A stretch of DNA of 64,000 nt from Mytilus trossulus (Eukaryota). The DNA lies in contig NC_086382.1 of the NCBI RefSeq assembly GCF_036588685.1, forward strand, positions 6,386,001 through 6,450,000. Reading direction: 5' to 3'. A program made the position numbers and the translations under genes. The notes below the pieces were generated by a model, which worked only from the letters and a program-made list of their open reading frames with translations, did not search any database and was not told where the DNA came from. This document shows, in pieces, positions 23,095 through 37,531 of this stretch. Every line of letters begins with the position of its first letter. The stretch's first letter is position 1.

Positions 23095-24582
23095 CTGCAT
23101 AGTTAAGAACAACAGTTTACAGATTATTCAGATCAGACGATCAAGAACTAAAGCAGGGTTTTCATATCGTTTCCAATAGAAAATTTTCATATTACTAACT
23201 TATCAAGCTGATTTACATGTATTTCAATGTTATATTAACACTGGCTTATGTAAGGCAGATAATCATATTGCCACGAAGAAGGAAGTGTGACGACAAATTA
23301 GTCAAAATTCGGTAATATGAAAATTAAATTTTCAAAAGCTAATATAAGAATTAAATAAATGTTCTAACAGTTTAACGAATATGCGATACACAATTACAGG
23401 AAGATTTATATGTCACTTATCAAAATGGTAGGGGGGAAGCGTAATTTATACTGATATTAGAACAGTGTATTATTACATGCCTAATATTTAGGCAAGAAAA
23501 AGTTACTAGACGTCAATTTCGAAAAATTTATATTGATTAAGTCTAATACGTCTTAAATTGCAAACTTTTTGTCATTGATGAAAATTTGAGGCAGATCCGC
23601 CAAAAACGCTAATGAACCTTAGTTATAGCGGAAAGGCGGAGGAGCAGCGGTTTTCCATAACATGTTTACTGTTTAGCAGTAAACTATATAGTAAAAATGT
23701 CTACAGAACTGCAGGACACATTTTTTTTTTATTAATTAGACGATAATTAAAAGCTTTCCAATTATTTAACAGATATCGTAAAATAAATTACTTATTTTTA
23801 CATTTCAATATTTTATTGATATATAAATGAGAATTTGTGACACCATTGCCAATATCCATTATATATAAAATGAGAATGTATTGTTTGCATAAAGGTGGTA
23901 TTGAAGTATAAATTAAAAATGATATAATTTGTTCATAATTTGGCAAAACATAGTATATGAAGACCTGTTGGTGACCTTCTGCTGTCGTCTGCTCAATGGT
24001 CGGGTTGTTGTCTCTTTGACACATTCCCCATTTCCGTAATCAATTTTATATATTGTGATATCCCCCCCCCCCAAAAAAAAAAAATAATGATACGTCACCG
24101 TTAATTTCCTCAAGCTGCATGATGTGACAAAATGACACATTTTGTATGGATTATACATGGGGAACACATCATTTTGTGATAAGAAGCTATACTAAATGAT
24201 AGAATTGTAAAATAATAGTTTATAGAAAATTCTTTGGGAATGCCAAAAGAACAGATAGAGTCACCGTACGTTTTATCCGGCTAAGATACTAAATGGTCAA
24301 ATTTCAATTTTTCTTCAGAAAATGCAATATTTCAAAGTTACAACCCCTGAAATGTTAACACATTAAAAAGCAAGCAAAAATAGCCATGCTTGTACAAATA
24401 TTGATATTGATAAGTGTAACTCTTGTTCTTTTTAAAAATGAGAATTCACATTAGTTATCTGCATTCCTGCATTAAATTTTGCTTACTTGATGGCAAATTT
24501 GAACCTTATGTTCTCTTTTATTTACAATCACAAATGGCGAAAGACGCCCATACTATTTTAATATGAATAAGTGATCATGATG

Positions 24583-24920
24583 ATAAAATTGAGAAAGGAA
24601 ATGGTGAATATGTCAAAGCGACAACCACTCGACCATAGAGCAAACAACAGCCGAAGGCAACCAATGGGCCTTCAATGTAGCGAGAATTCCCGCACCCGTA
24701 GGTGTCCTTCAGCTGGCCCCTAAAATATGCATAATAGTACAGTGATAATGGACGTCATACTAAACTCCGAATTATACACAAGAAATTAGAATTTAAAATC
24801 ATACAAGTCTAACAAAGGCCAGAGGCTCCTGACTTGGGACAGGCGCAAAATTGCGGCGGGGTTAAACATGTTTGTGAGATCTCAACCCTCCCCCTATACC
24901 TCTAGCCAATGTAGAAAAAT
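24583..24920. repeat. Dispersed SINE-like repeat (related copies near 5083-5175, 23959-24050, 57420-57575)
   Basis: Shared GGAAAT.G.GAAT.TGTCAAAG.GACAAC.AC.CGACCA motif. Confidence 0.65.
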
Positions 24921-24964
24921 AAAAGAATAATGAGAATTTATTGGTAATAAGAAGATATTTTTAC

Positions 24965-25147
24965 CAGTCCAAATTGATTTCTAGGCCCTCCACCTGGTGC
25001 CTGGTCGTGTCCTACTCCTTTCCATATCTCACCAGTCTGTCCGCTGCAAGGATCTGGTACATTATTACCATTTGGAATATCATTTCTAAACCATGGAAAT
25101 CCAAAAACAACAGCTGCCAAGGCTAAATATACAATTTCTCTGAACAT
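24965..25147 (-). CDS. Temptin-like gene 2, exon 1
   Basis: MFREIVYLALAAVVFGFPWFRNDIPNGNNVPDPC...GVGHDQAPGGGPRNQFGL|GT; 183 nt, same length as gene 1 exon 1. Confidence 0.9.
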
Positions 25148-28100
25148 GACCGCTCTGTTGAAGTACTTCAAAACTATGAAAGTGTGTTTGTCTCCCTTTG
25201 CAAGAAATCACATGGAATGGTTCAGTCTTTATCTGGCCTTATGTAAAGTAACTACAGTGGAACCTGTGTCAATCGTAACCGTATCTTTGTGTGCCTCAAT
25301 TTTGTTAAGTTATATAAAAGTTTGGTTTGAAGAGATACAAAAGAGGGACTAAAGATGCCAAAGGGATAGTCAAACTCAAAGATTGAAAATAAACTGACAA
25401 CGCCATGGCTAAAAGTAAAAATACAAACAAACAAAAAATTGTACAGAAGACAAAACATAGAAAACTAAAGACTAAGCAACACAAACCCCACCAAAAACTG
25501 CGGTGGATATCAGGTGCTCCGGAAGTGTAAGCAGATCCCGCTCCACTTGTGACACCCGTCGTATACTATCCTGTCCGCTTTTTCAATATTTTGACATCAC
25601 CGGATGCGACTAATCAGATTTTTAATTACAATAGGCAACATGATGAGCGTCACTAGTGGAGCAGGATCTGTGTTCCCTTTGGAAGATCACCCTCGGGGTT
25701 TTTTTTCGGTTCGTGTTTCTAAGTATAGTTTTAAATTTGAAGACTGTTGTATATGTTTTCGTCGTTTTTGTTTTTTAGCAAGGTATTGTTGGTTTTTGTG
25801 CAATTTTATTTGCCCTTATTCCTTGGTATATTTCTCCTTATTTATACTGCGTACAACAAGTGCCCGTCTTCTGTTGCCTCATTATGATTCATTTATATAT
25901 GTATATATACAGAGAGAGAAATAAATTAAATTATGTTTTAAGCTATGAAGCCTCCATTTTTTTTTATATGTAGCCCTGGTTGTGGGGATCAGTTACAATC
26001 ATGGAGAAATCGAAGTGTGTAGTTTATTAAGAATGACGGACTAAAGTTAAATTTTGAATTTTTAAAATTAAGAAAAAAAAATTAATACTATAAGTTGAAG
26101 GAGCATCAGTTAATGAACAAAATAAACTAAAAAGTATTGATCAATAGGTTAGGGAGTTCCGTTTTTAGATATTTGAGTTTTAAAAATGGTGGGAAAAGGC
26201 TTACAAGTACTTTTACCTTACATTTGCATTGGTATCACTTGGGTCTCATTTGCTGCTTTAATTTGAAAATTGACCTTTTATGAGCTATTGAAGTCTTTTA
26301 TGAAAATACAAATGGTTGTAATGGGGCAAAATATTTTACCAAGTATGGTTGGAAAAAGACCAAGGAGTCCGAACATCTGACACTAATTTCCAAAACCTCG
26401 CCTAGGAACAACGAGACAACAACCCGTACACATGTACATTAACGCTATGACCAAGTGAAATATGAAAGAGCCCATTGTTTTAATCGGTTTGGAAACAGCC
26501 TGATAGGCTGTTTACAGGTTTAACTGTTTAAGTATCTGCTCCGATTCCTATGACCTTTTGTTTGTTCTTATTTCATGGACATTCGGTGTTATCTTAAATT
26601 CTACATTTCCGTAGATGTCACTATCTGGGTCTTATATAAGTACATCTAGACGAAGTTATGTAAGAAATTTAGAATTATAGAGACTATATGATATATTGTT
26701 ACGATAAAGCATGGTCATAAAAAAAAACACTATACATTGGTTTCCAAAGACTATAGAAAGAACATTTTAACAAATATATACCATTTTAGGTGGATGCAAG
26801 GAGTACAATTTAACACTTTTTCTCAAACCCAAACGACAAACATATTATGTCCCTCATACTAATCGTACATGGAGAGAGATAATCTGATAGCATCGTAGGC
26901 TATGTCAATTCACATTTGGTGGATGAATGGGTGGATTGAGATCCTTTTCTAACAGAAAAAAATTGTATTTTTCCTTATAAAAGGAAAGAATGTTTACTTA
27001 AAACACTCAAACACGTTAAAAGAACTAACTGGTCTAACTTAGCTTCAGAAACATTCTTAAGACACAAAAAAATAGATTTTTATTCAAGTAAAAAAATATC
27101 TTTGAATAAAGACTATTTTCCATTGAAACACATCCGATGCGTCCAATTGTGATAGTTGATAACGTATGTACCACATTCTTGAAGACTATATATACATTTA
27201 CAATAAACTGGACACTTGTTGTTTTCCTTCGTCGCTACACTAACCTTCGGAGCAGACATTTGGATTGAATGGCGGACAGGTTTAACATTTACCCTTCACC
27301 GAAATACAGTCATTTATAAATAATACATGTTCTATAATATATATAATAAAATATGTATGACCTTAAAAATACCGTGTTAATCAATGTTGAGATTGACATG
27401 AAACAGCTCTCAATTATTCCTCAATAGACTTTTTTTTTAAATTATTACAGAATCTTCCTTTACTCCGTGAACCAATAGATTATGCAAAATTGTTAATGAA
27501 ACATGCACCAATTTAAGTAACAACAGTACTAACAAAATTCTCGTACATGGTGTACTCAACATAGCACGCATATTTTGCCATACCTTTCTATGCTTAAAGC
27601 AAAATGACTGCCCCTTAAATGTAAATCTCTTGAAAAGGTTATGAAAAATGATTATAAACCAACGAGATATTAACTTAACACCAATATAAGTACGTTATGC
27701 ATTGTCAATCCCTTAGGAAATCAGTGCTATATATATATTTATATGTATTTGCTATGTTTTTGTTTTGGTGATTTATTTTCAGGGCGGGCTTTAAAGAAGC
27801 AGCAGTTAATTTTCAAGACAGTCCTAATTTCAACGTTTCTACCTTTTACGGATCCGTTGGTCCAGTTTAATGACATGATTTTAATGAGGTGCTCGTTTTA
27901 TACTGAGGGGGTCTCGGATATTATTAATTAACTCTCTGAGATTGCAAAATTTGACACTTTCCTAAAGCTTCTGTCTAACCAGCCAATGTGATAGTGAAGG
28001 ATTTGTTGAATACACTGGATAAGCTTGTTTCATAAATACGGATTAGTAAATGTATCTATAAAACCTATTTATAGCAGTATATACTAAACTACCATAATAT

Positions 28101-30811
28101 TTCGTGTTTGTACTCTTAAAATAGATGCGTTCTTAAGACTTTACATGATAATGAACACTATAGTTATGAAGGTTAGATACATTTCCTCCTAATCAATAAG
28201 AAAATTTTACAGTTTGTTACATTGTAAAAAAGTTGCATCACTGTCTAAGGACAAAGTCAAAGTGAAGGTTTCAAAAACATACTAAATTGTGTAAGTTATT
28301 TTAATATGATTTTTTAAATAAATAACTTTTGATGTGACCATACGGTATATATTTCTCTCATTGTTGAAGGCCGTACGGTGCCTTATAATATATTTTATCA
28401 TCCGTCATTTAAACTGTGGTGGGTAGTTGTCTCAATACCTCATATCCTTATTTTGATAGAATGTGACATTGAAATATGTTCGCATATAAACACTCATTAC
28501 TAGTTCCAGACTACATGTAATTATTTAGTACGACAAACAGACTGTTAGCCGACACTCGAATCAAAATAGTTGCGAGATCATTTCAATTACAAAATTAAAA
28601 CCCATTGATTAACACAACTCCAAAAAATGTAGAATATGCGAAATCTGAAAAAGCTTTAACATTTTATGAATAAGTTTACAGAAAATGACAGTATCAATAT
28701 TTCATTCCAACAAAGGAGCACTGACTATCGTGCTTGTGATTGCTACGCGGACGAAACTTCTAGCAACAGGGAGACCTTGTAGTGCAAACCATTTGAAGTT
28801 TTCATAGTTATTAGTACATGAACCATGCACGTATATTCAGAGGCACTCGTTTATAAACAGATAGACCGCCAAATTGTGTTGCATTGGAAAACCAAACATT
28901 CAACAACTTTGTGCTTTCAGCTATATAAACCTAGTACTACAATAAGGTAAATTAATTTTCGAAATTATCACTTCATAAGTTCTACATTCGTGAATGGATT
29001 AATCTTTACGGGTTTATTATGCAAGTTTTATATTTGTACCGGTGAAGTTACAATTTGTTCCAGACTTATATATTTAAACCTATCACGGTTTACCATTTAC
29101 AAATTGTGAATTGGAATTGCGAGTTATCTCATTGTCACTCATACCACATCTTTTTTATATCTATTTGATTAATTTGGCTCTTAATGGCCAGTGTATGGTT
29201 TTATAGATGCTCACGACCTCGGATATTTATACACCATTGGCTGTAACTTATATCGGTTTAAGCATTCTTGATGAATTTTTTTTTTCTTCAGAAAAGCACT
29301 TCAGACGCGCGAAATCTCTTAAATCTTATTTACATTTTCCACTCTTACTTTACGGTTACATTAGCTGTTTCAACATTGCCACATAATCATTTGGAGCAGG
29401 ATCTACTTACCCTTCAGGAGTACTTTTTCTGTTTTTGGTTTGGTTAGTATTGTGAAGTCTTTAATTTTCTATGTTCTGTTTTGTTTACATGTATTGGTGT
29501 TTTAGTTTTTATTTGATTGCTAATTATGACACAAAAACCAAAGCTGTCGATAATTTTTTTTTTAACAATTATCAATTTATAGGACTTTAACTGTAATTGA
29601 ACTAAAACTAAGATGAGAACCGGCACAAGCCAATTTTTCAATTTTGGTTGTCTTGTTTCTTTTTAAATTGATGCTGGTCAATATCGTATGCATTTGATTT
29701 AATTCAAAAACATTTGGTTGTGAGTGTTCCTGTTGCATGATATTCCATATTCAAAAAGTACCAGTTGAGTGCGTACTGTTATTGAAATAACTACCACTGT
29801 AATCGCATATAATAAGTCAACATTCTGGTATTTCTTGGGTTTTATTTCAATTTGTTTTTTTTTTTCATTTTTATTGATCTATTTTTCTGTCGGCGATCAT
29901 GTTTTTTTGTGACTATTACTAAGTCATAGATCAGGCTGTTTGGTTTTCTTGTTTTTGTTTTTATTTTGTCATGTCTGAGACTTAAAAGTTTATAATTACT
30001 GACAACAGGGGTTTATCCATAATTGAAGACAGTACAATAACGATAGTTGCGCATGCTTACATCCATGTCATTTTGATTCTGGTTGATAGCTGTCCCATTG
30101 GCTATCATACCCATATCTTATTATCTTCATATCGCAGGTTTTTTTATTTTGGTAATAGCAACGAAGACGTTTTATGAGTAGTGTTTTCATGTTACTGCAA
30201 TTAAAAAACTAAAGGACCAAAAATATCATGACATGTCCTGTTTTGAAACTGGATTATCAAGTAGTGTTTTTTTTTATTGTTGAAGGCCGTACTGATACCT
30301 ATAGTTGTTAAAGGCTATGTCATTTTGTTTCTGGTTGAGAGTTGTTTCATTAGAAATCATAACACAGCCATCTTTTATCGGTACTGCTTGTGCATCGATG
30401 TTTACCTTCCGAAAAACTGATAACACTGGTTATGAATGGAGCAATGCGCACGCTTTACTACGTGTAGATAGTGTGTTGGTCTTGTACATTGCTATTACTG
30501 TTTCCTTGACCTTTATTTTATTATATATACTATCAGTGAAGGTTAGTGATAAATGAAAGTCATTAAAAATTGAAATTCCTTTTATTTATTTTTTTATTTT
30601 TTTCTAAATTACATACAATTTGTCAACGAATAAATGTAATAAACGATAAAATGAAAAATGTGACATTTTGAAAAAAAATAGCAATGACATTAAATAAATG
30701 ACATCTTGTAGGACAGTCATATTGCACATGTTTGGTGTTGCCGAAAACACAGAATATTTGTGTGTCCGTTGTTAGGAATCCCTTTCCAGTTCGTCTTTGT
30801 TGGATACCAGG

Positions 30812-30900
30812 TTATCGGCCAAACTTTGGATTCGGATGGTTACAATATATACCCAAATTCTTTATTAAACATTTTGCACTACTCATTGGCTCGCATATCC
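30812..30900 (-). CDS. Temptin-like gene 3, exon 3
   Basis: TTTGCAG acceptor; (G)ICEPMSSAKCLIKNLGIYCNHPNPKFGR*. Confidence 0.85.
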
Positions 30901-31641
30901 CTGCAAAGAGAAAAAGAAATTGAACATACATAGAAACAAGGAGAGGGACGTGGTTTGTTTGTCCTTATGGTCATTGGAAGTCCTTACTTTTTCAAAAATT
31001 CATAACTGCAACAACAAAATCACTAACAAAGATTGATTTGAAACTTGAGTTACATCTCAAACATTGTTTTCTGACTTTAATTGTCACATGGTTTACTTTT
31101 ATAAATTGTTATTTGGATGGAGAGTTGTCTCATTGGCACTCACATCACATCTTCTTATATCTATATATGTTAACCGATTAATCTATAAAACCTACGTTTT
31201 ATGTTTTTGGCTTTAAAAAATTTCGTACCAGGCATACCGGATGTCAGATCGTTGTGTTCATAAACATGTGAATGTTAATTTAATAAACATACACGCAATA
31301 TGAATATGTCATCAATGGTTCACTATCCAAATAAAGATCAACAGCAATACAATGCAGTCTATGAAACTCAATCTGTCGTGAATGGACGATGTTTTGTTTT
31401 CCGAAATTGTTGTCTTCTCGGAATCAAACTCAAAGGAACGTATATGTCAGGCAATTATAGAAAATAACAAACAATAAGGCATTAAATATAACAAAAACGA
31501 AGTTACTAGAACACGAGTTTTTAAAGACTGTAAGTGCGGCTATCACATTGACGAATACAAAATTATAACCTATAGATCTCTAATTAAAAAAAAAGGCTAA
31601 TTTCATTTAAAATCAGTGTACAATTCTTATGACGAACTAAC

Positions 31642-31798
31642 CTGGGTGTCCAGTTGCGTTAAATATAACAGGGTTTGTAGCTTCCATGTACCATTCACAT
31701 TTTGGATCTCCTAGTTCTTCTCCATTTGTTTTGCCGTCACCATCAGAATCCATTTCACAAAGATTAACAGTCCATCTTAAACCAGCTTGGAAAAAGTC
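31642..31798 (-). CDS. Temptin-like gene 3, exon 2
   Basis: AG|DFFQAGLRWTVNLCEMDSDGDGKTNGEELGDPKCEWYMEATNPVIFNATGHPG|GTTAGT; 157 nt. Confidence 0.9.
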
Positions 31799-32452
31799 CT
31801 AAATACAAAAGAAATAGTCTTGTTAAATGTATGTTTTTCAACAACTCCTTTCCGTGTTTAAAATAGAGAGAGGAAATAGAAGTATATAAGATTGTGATAA
31901 AAAAAAATTGTCTATCTAATATTCTCGTCAGCAGTTGTCTCAGGTATAGTTTAGTCTGCTTTTTTGTCCTTTTTGAACACAGTAGGACATCTGGTTTGCT
32001 TTTAGTTTCTTTAAATCCGTGGCAAATATTTAACGAATAATCAGGACAGAAAGATATAACGCACTTGGTATATACAAAACTCCTTCACAATAAAAGAACG
32101 GCCACTATAAAAGTAAACTTAAAGATGAAGAACAATTGCCAGTATACAATGCAATCGTATTCAAATAAAATAAATACAACAATACAACTATATATGAGTT
32201 AAACTTGAAGATATTACTAAACACTTTTAGGGCCATGCTTTTTTACTTTTCCAATTCAATATATTAACAGATTATTTATTTGATATAACAAATATGCATA
32301 AATTTAAACATGTAGAAAATATTCTTCAAATGAACAAAAAGGGTTAATACCAATTTTTAAGAATTTGTTTTAAAAATTGTCATTTTCAATATGCAATAAA
32401 TATTTGCTCATGGAATTAAAAAAAATGCACATCAATTAAATAAAGAACTTAC

Positions 32453-32644
32453 CTGTCCAAATATATTACGGTTCCCTCCTCCAACTTCCCTTAAATGTCC
32501 GACACCTAGCCATGTTCCTCTGTTACAGGGGTTCGGAACACGGTTGCCATTCGGAATCCTTCCTTGGAACCACGGAAATCCATATACTAAAGAAAATAAT
32601 GAAACAGAAATCAATATTTGTTGCATTTTGCAGACTTTGAACAT
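32453..32644 (-). CDS. Temptin-like gene 3, exon 1 (start at ATG 32644 or 32626)
   Basis: MQQILISVSLFSLVYGFPWFQGRIPNGNRVPNPC...GVGH...RNIFGQ|GTAAGT. Confidence 0.9.
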
Positions 32645-32685
32645 TCGACGTTTAAAAACAGTTTATTCTATTCACTATGAAAGAG

Positions 32686-32920
32686 TTGTATACTAAATTT
32701 CAGAATGGGTTCTTATTTATATACCAAGCATTGTGGGCGGGATTTTTAATCCAATAAACACGACTTTTGGAGGGACACCCAAGAATTTTTAATTCAACCT
32801 TTTAAAATCTCAGTTGATAACATTTGAATACATTAGGTTTGTTTATGTGTTTAAGAAATACAGGCCGAAATACCCCATGTGCAGTTTTTATTTTCTTGAG
32901 TACGTGTAAATAGCCACTGC
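32686..32920 (-). promoter_or_regulatory. Putative proximal promoter of temptin-like gene 3 (TATA box plus blocks conserved with gene 4)
   Basis: TATATAAA on minus at about 32716-32723; CAGTTGATAACATTT (32811) and TGTAAATAGCCACTGC (32905) recur in the same order upstream of gene 4. Confidence 0.55.
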
Positions 32921-34690
32921 GAAGGGTTTGTAATCGATAGGACATTGATGTATACACCTTATTTGCATGATTTTGGTTTGACTCCTTAAGTCAAAATGAC
33001 TTTATTATAATGTAATATGTAAGCTAGGCCTTGTCCTTAAACAAAATATATTTTAAAATAATATCTTATAGTCTGTATTTTTTTTTGAATAGTTATAAGT
33101 TTTCCTTATATTTACTTTTTTTTTTATAATTCATATATATCTATTTACTCTTTATACATTCTATCATTGTTATTTTTATCATAAAAATGGAAATCAAGTC
33201 ATGCCTATAAAAAAAAAAATCCAGCGCAAACAAGTCGGAAACTTTTAATGAACGAATTTTAACAAATACTACATCAATTCTCTATACTCTTATTATCAAA
33301 TTCCAAAAACGTGGAAAATACTAGTACTGCTAAAAATGTACTATATGCTATTTTGACATTTTTGATACAGTCAATCTGCGATTCCTAAAAATCTAAGCTC
33401 GATTAAAAAATACACAAAAGTATTTTTTATCATAGCATTCTTTGAAACATTTTCTTTATTTCATGTTTTTATTTTAAAACGCGTTGTTCAACGCACGCAT
33501 ACAACAGGTATTTCGTTCAATTTGCAATTTAGTCTTTTTATATAGTAAGTTGGGAATAAGTTTGAAACCACCACGAGGCATAAGTACGATTCGCATCCTG
33601 TTCCTGGTCCTGTCTCTTGCAACATACAGGTATCTGTCAGAGACAAACAAACAGAAGACAGAGAACCAGTCAAACTACTAGAAAAATCCTAGTTTTCTAC
33701 CGGTTTCTTTTGGTCGGTTGTCTATTGTGACGGTCAAATATGTATGGAAATTGTTATAGTTCATGCAAACAAAACCATATGTGTAGATATATACTGCAGC
33801 TTTAATTTTCTAGAAATTATCCTGCCTTATTGTCTAATACCGACCGCTGAATTTCTCGGAGATGATCTCATACAAAAAAGTTATAGACAGCGGAGAAAAA
33901 AGACCTTGTGTATTAATGCTCATAATAAATGTGTACGGAATTACGATGTATTTAAAAGTATAAAGAATAGTTTTACTAAATGTTTTCAACTATTAATAAG
34001 TGAACTGGTATAATCCCATAATTAATACCAGATGCAATGATTTAAACGTACATTTATCCTAATAAGGGAAAAGTCAAATGAGCAATAAAGAAAGATTGAA
34101 TGGTCATTTTGTGAACTTATAGACTTTTATTAAATATTATCATTAAAAGCAGCTGCGTGTTTAATGCAGTTATATTTTAAGTTGAAATCTTACTTTTATG
34201 ATACATTTTGTATGAATTTGTCATACAGTTTAGTTAACGGTTTCACTTAGGGTTTTTTTTTTCAAACGATCTTCATTTAAGAAAATGTGTTATAAATATT
34301 CAATTTCTTTGTATCATTTTTTTCAGTTTTCCAAATAACAAATATGAAACTCACTGAATTTTCTGTTTTGATCATGCATATATCTTACATATGTTCTTGT
34401 TTGAATGTTTATAGCTTCAGATTTATACAATTTTTATTTCAAATATATAATTCACACAATGACATGCATAAACTTAATAAAGTAAAGTGTTGTTCTTATG
34501 TCTGAACAGTAACCAACATTAAACATTGTTGAAATAGTCCCCCTTTCAAACTTACGAATACTGCATATTTTTATCATAAAACTTTGATATATGTATTTAT
34601 ATTATTAGATTTTCCTTTTTTGTAGAGAATAAGAGAAAGGAATTAAAATGTTTCAAACATATTTGTATACTGAGTATCTTTTGATTACTA

Positions 34691-35469
34691 AGACCCCGTT
34701 CACACTAGGACATTTTTATCGATTTAATCTAGACCGGTTCACTTTAGATCGGTTTAAGGGCTAATGTGAACGCATTGAATCGATCTTCAATCGGTCTAAA
34801 CTAAAACACCAAAAGAGGTAGTTTAGTTTGAATCGATCTAAAATAAAACGATCTTACTTTTAATGTGAACGCATAGATCGGTTTAAACTAGTACGATTGA
34901 ATCGAAAATAACGTATGCGCATGTATAGTGGCAAAACTATCTCAGAAGTTAGTTGTTTAACCCATATTTCTCTGTTAAAAGACCTGTAAAACAAACTATA
35001 AAGATGTTGTCTTCGTCATAGCATAGATTTGCGAAATCTGTGTCTTTTTTTTATTATGTTGATTTTTTTTTTCATTGCAGGAACCCTAGTATTTCCGGCG
35101 TCGTGTTGTAACTTCGTTGCTACAGTTATTTTTTTTCAAAATTAAAGAAAACTGCAAAAACACCAGTATCAAAGTTTTAACTTGTGATTCAAGAGAAACA
35201 ATAAGTTTATCCATTTTTCTTTTCCAAGTGTGTGTATCAGTGTATCAACACATAAATTTGATAAATCAGTTCTATTTATACACATTGTTTACAGTTTTAC
35301 GGGCAAAAAGGTTAGACCGATTGCGTTTTTAATTGTAGTGTGAACGCAGTGGTTCAGATTAGACCGATAGAGATCGATATGATTAGAGAAAATGTGAACG
35401 CTTACTGGTTTTATTTAGATCGATTCAAATTAGATCGATAAAACAAAAATGCTAGTGTGAACAGGGTCT
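34691..35469. mobile_element. MITE with 18-bp TIRs and subterminal repeats (Harbinger-like TIR)
   Basis: AGACCCCGTTCACACTAG / CTAGTGTGAACAGGGTCT, TA on both sides, internal TGTGAACGC and ATCGAT repeats. Confidence 0.85.
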
Positions 35470-35808
35470 TAGTTTGTTAAATTTATAGGTCAAGTCCGGC
35501 TACTATAGGATCATGTTTATACATTATAGTATACCATTTAATTTGCAATGGATAAAGGGAGGTATTTGATTTCGTGGTGGGAGGTGGAGGCTGTTTAGGT
35601 TTTTTAGGGGGTATTGATGGAAGTGTTGGTTACATGTGTGAAGCTTGTTGTTTGGGTTGCCTTTTTTTGTTCTGTCTTGTTGTAAATCACTGTCCTGCTA
35701 TTAATTTTTTTATGTATCCTTAGCGTGTCATTTCGGTTTTGCATATTCTTAAGAGTTAATGTTTGCTTTATTCGATACCGAAAATAACACATGATATGTA
35801 GTAATTAA

Positions 35809-36361
35809 AGTCATATGAAACATCAATTTAAAAAAATGATGCATATGAGTTTTATAACTAAATGGATAGTCTTCACTATAAAACTTATGTACATATACTT
35901 TTTTCTGAAGAAAACTCTTTGATTGTTCACATTCACGAGAAGTTTACTTTATTTTAATTGCTTGCTTCCAGGAAACTATTCGCCGACATATATTTTCCGT
36001 ATATGCAAGTGACCTTAGCTTGACCCGTTTCGTAAAAATCCGGTGTTTGCAATACACATGAATATGTCAATAAAGTAAACAATTATCTAATTGTATGTGT
36101 TAAACACGTGCTCAGAATCCATGCTTTTAGTTGATTGTTTACAATAAGGTGACAATCGGTAAACTTCGGCTACAAACACGGCAAATAATGAACTGACATA
36201 TTTGTTAAATCATAACAGAGAAATAAAATTGACTACTATACGATATCTTAACGTAAAACATGATAAAAATCTTTCACAGAAGACTAAGTTTATGATATAC
36301 ATGCATTGGTTCAAGATTTGGATAAACAATATTTTTCATCAGCCACTCGTGTCATATGACT
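35809..36361. mobile_element. Kolobok-like non-autonomous DNA transposon
   Basis: TTAA flanks; TIR AGTCATATGA / TCATATGACT. Confidence 0.75.
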
Positions 36362-37381
36362 TTAAAGGAAAGGGGAAAGATTCAACATGACAGCAATCTA
36401 GTGACGACATAAAATCATAAAAGGGAGGAATGTAAAAATTACACTTTTTCAATTTTTACTCCTAAGTTTCTCACATATTCAAATGTTTTGCTGAATAATG
36501 CCTCGTCACAGTATACCACGGGCCCCAAATTTGCATCCTTGGAATTATAGTAAACACACAAAAAGTATTATAATACCATTTGGAGTTCCAGGGGTGGGGA
36601 TTCTTGGGTTGAATTCCCCCTTTTTCGATATTTATTTTTTTTTCAATATAATTTATTCTATTTTTAATTGTAAACGTTTCATGTTGTTCCAACTGTTAGA
36701 ACCCCTTCCCCCTTTTTTTGAAAAACGGCTTGATCTGTGTCTGACTACTGATAATGTTATAAAATTGCAAGATAAAATAATATTTTTCATAAAATTTCAT
36801 TTAGATTAACTCGTAAATATATATCAATTTCAAGTTCAAATTATAGGACCAAATAATATCGTTGAATTCGGGGGGTCTGGGTTACTAAAACCGACAATAC
36901 ATATCCATGAATTATTTAAATAAATCGCCCGACCTTGTCACGTTTTTATAATTGATAAGTTTCTCTAACACAGATTAGGAATTATATTTTTAGCCCCCAA
37001 CTTTTATTTATGTTCGTCTTAACCTTCAAATTCATAATATAAATACATGAAATATATGTAGACAATGTCACGCTTAAACATGATTAATATGTGTGTTACT
37101 TTTTAATAGCCAAACAACGTTGCATTAAACAGATACAGAAATTTTCTGCAATTTAAAATCGTGATTGGTGTTTATTTTGACATCTCTCGTTGCTGTTTGC
37201 ATCTTAGCAATAAAGATTTTTTTGAAACACTCTATGATCATTGTCAGCAGACTTATTGAAAAATAGGGCAACATGAATCGCACAAATATGTCTATTGAAA
37301 TTGATTGATTGATTGATTGGTGTTTAAAACCAGAGTTTCCGGAGAAAACCATGGAGCTTCTGTAGGAAAAACTTAAGTCTT

Positions 37382-37531
37382 ATCGGGGCCTTTTTATAGC
37401 TGATTATGCGGTATGGGCTTTGCTCATTGTTAATGGCCGTACGGTTACCTATAGTTGTTAATGTCTGTGTCATTTTAGTCTTTTGTGGATAGTTGTCTCA
37501 TTGACAATCATACCACATCTTCGTTTTTATA
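37382..37531 (-). repeat. Abundant dispersed repeat (other copies near 4745, 18420-18635, 22520-22780, 31085, 41250, 46160, 49430, 53935, 55875, 61115)
   Basis: Recurring AAGATGTGGTATGATTGCCAATGAGACAACT...ACTATAGGTCA..GTACGGCCTTCAACAATGAGCAAAGCCCATAC. Confidence 0.8.

Noticed and set aside
30620-30811. Stop-codon readthrough extension of gene 3 (frame stays open after TAA)
   Set aside because: The homologous sequence in gene 4 is in a different frame and hits TGA after 9 codons
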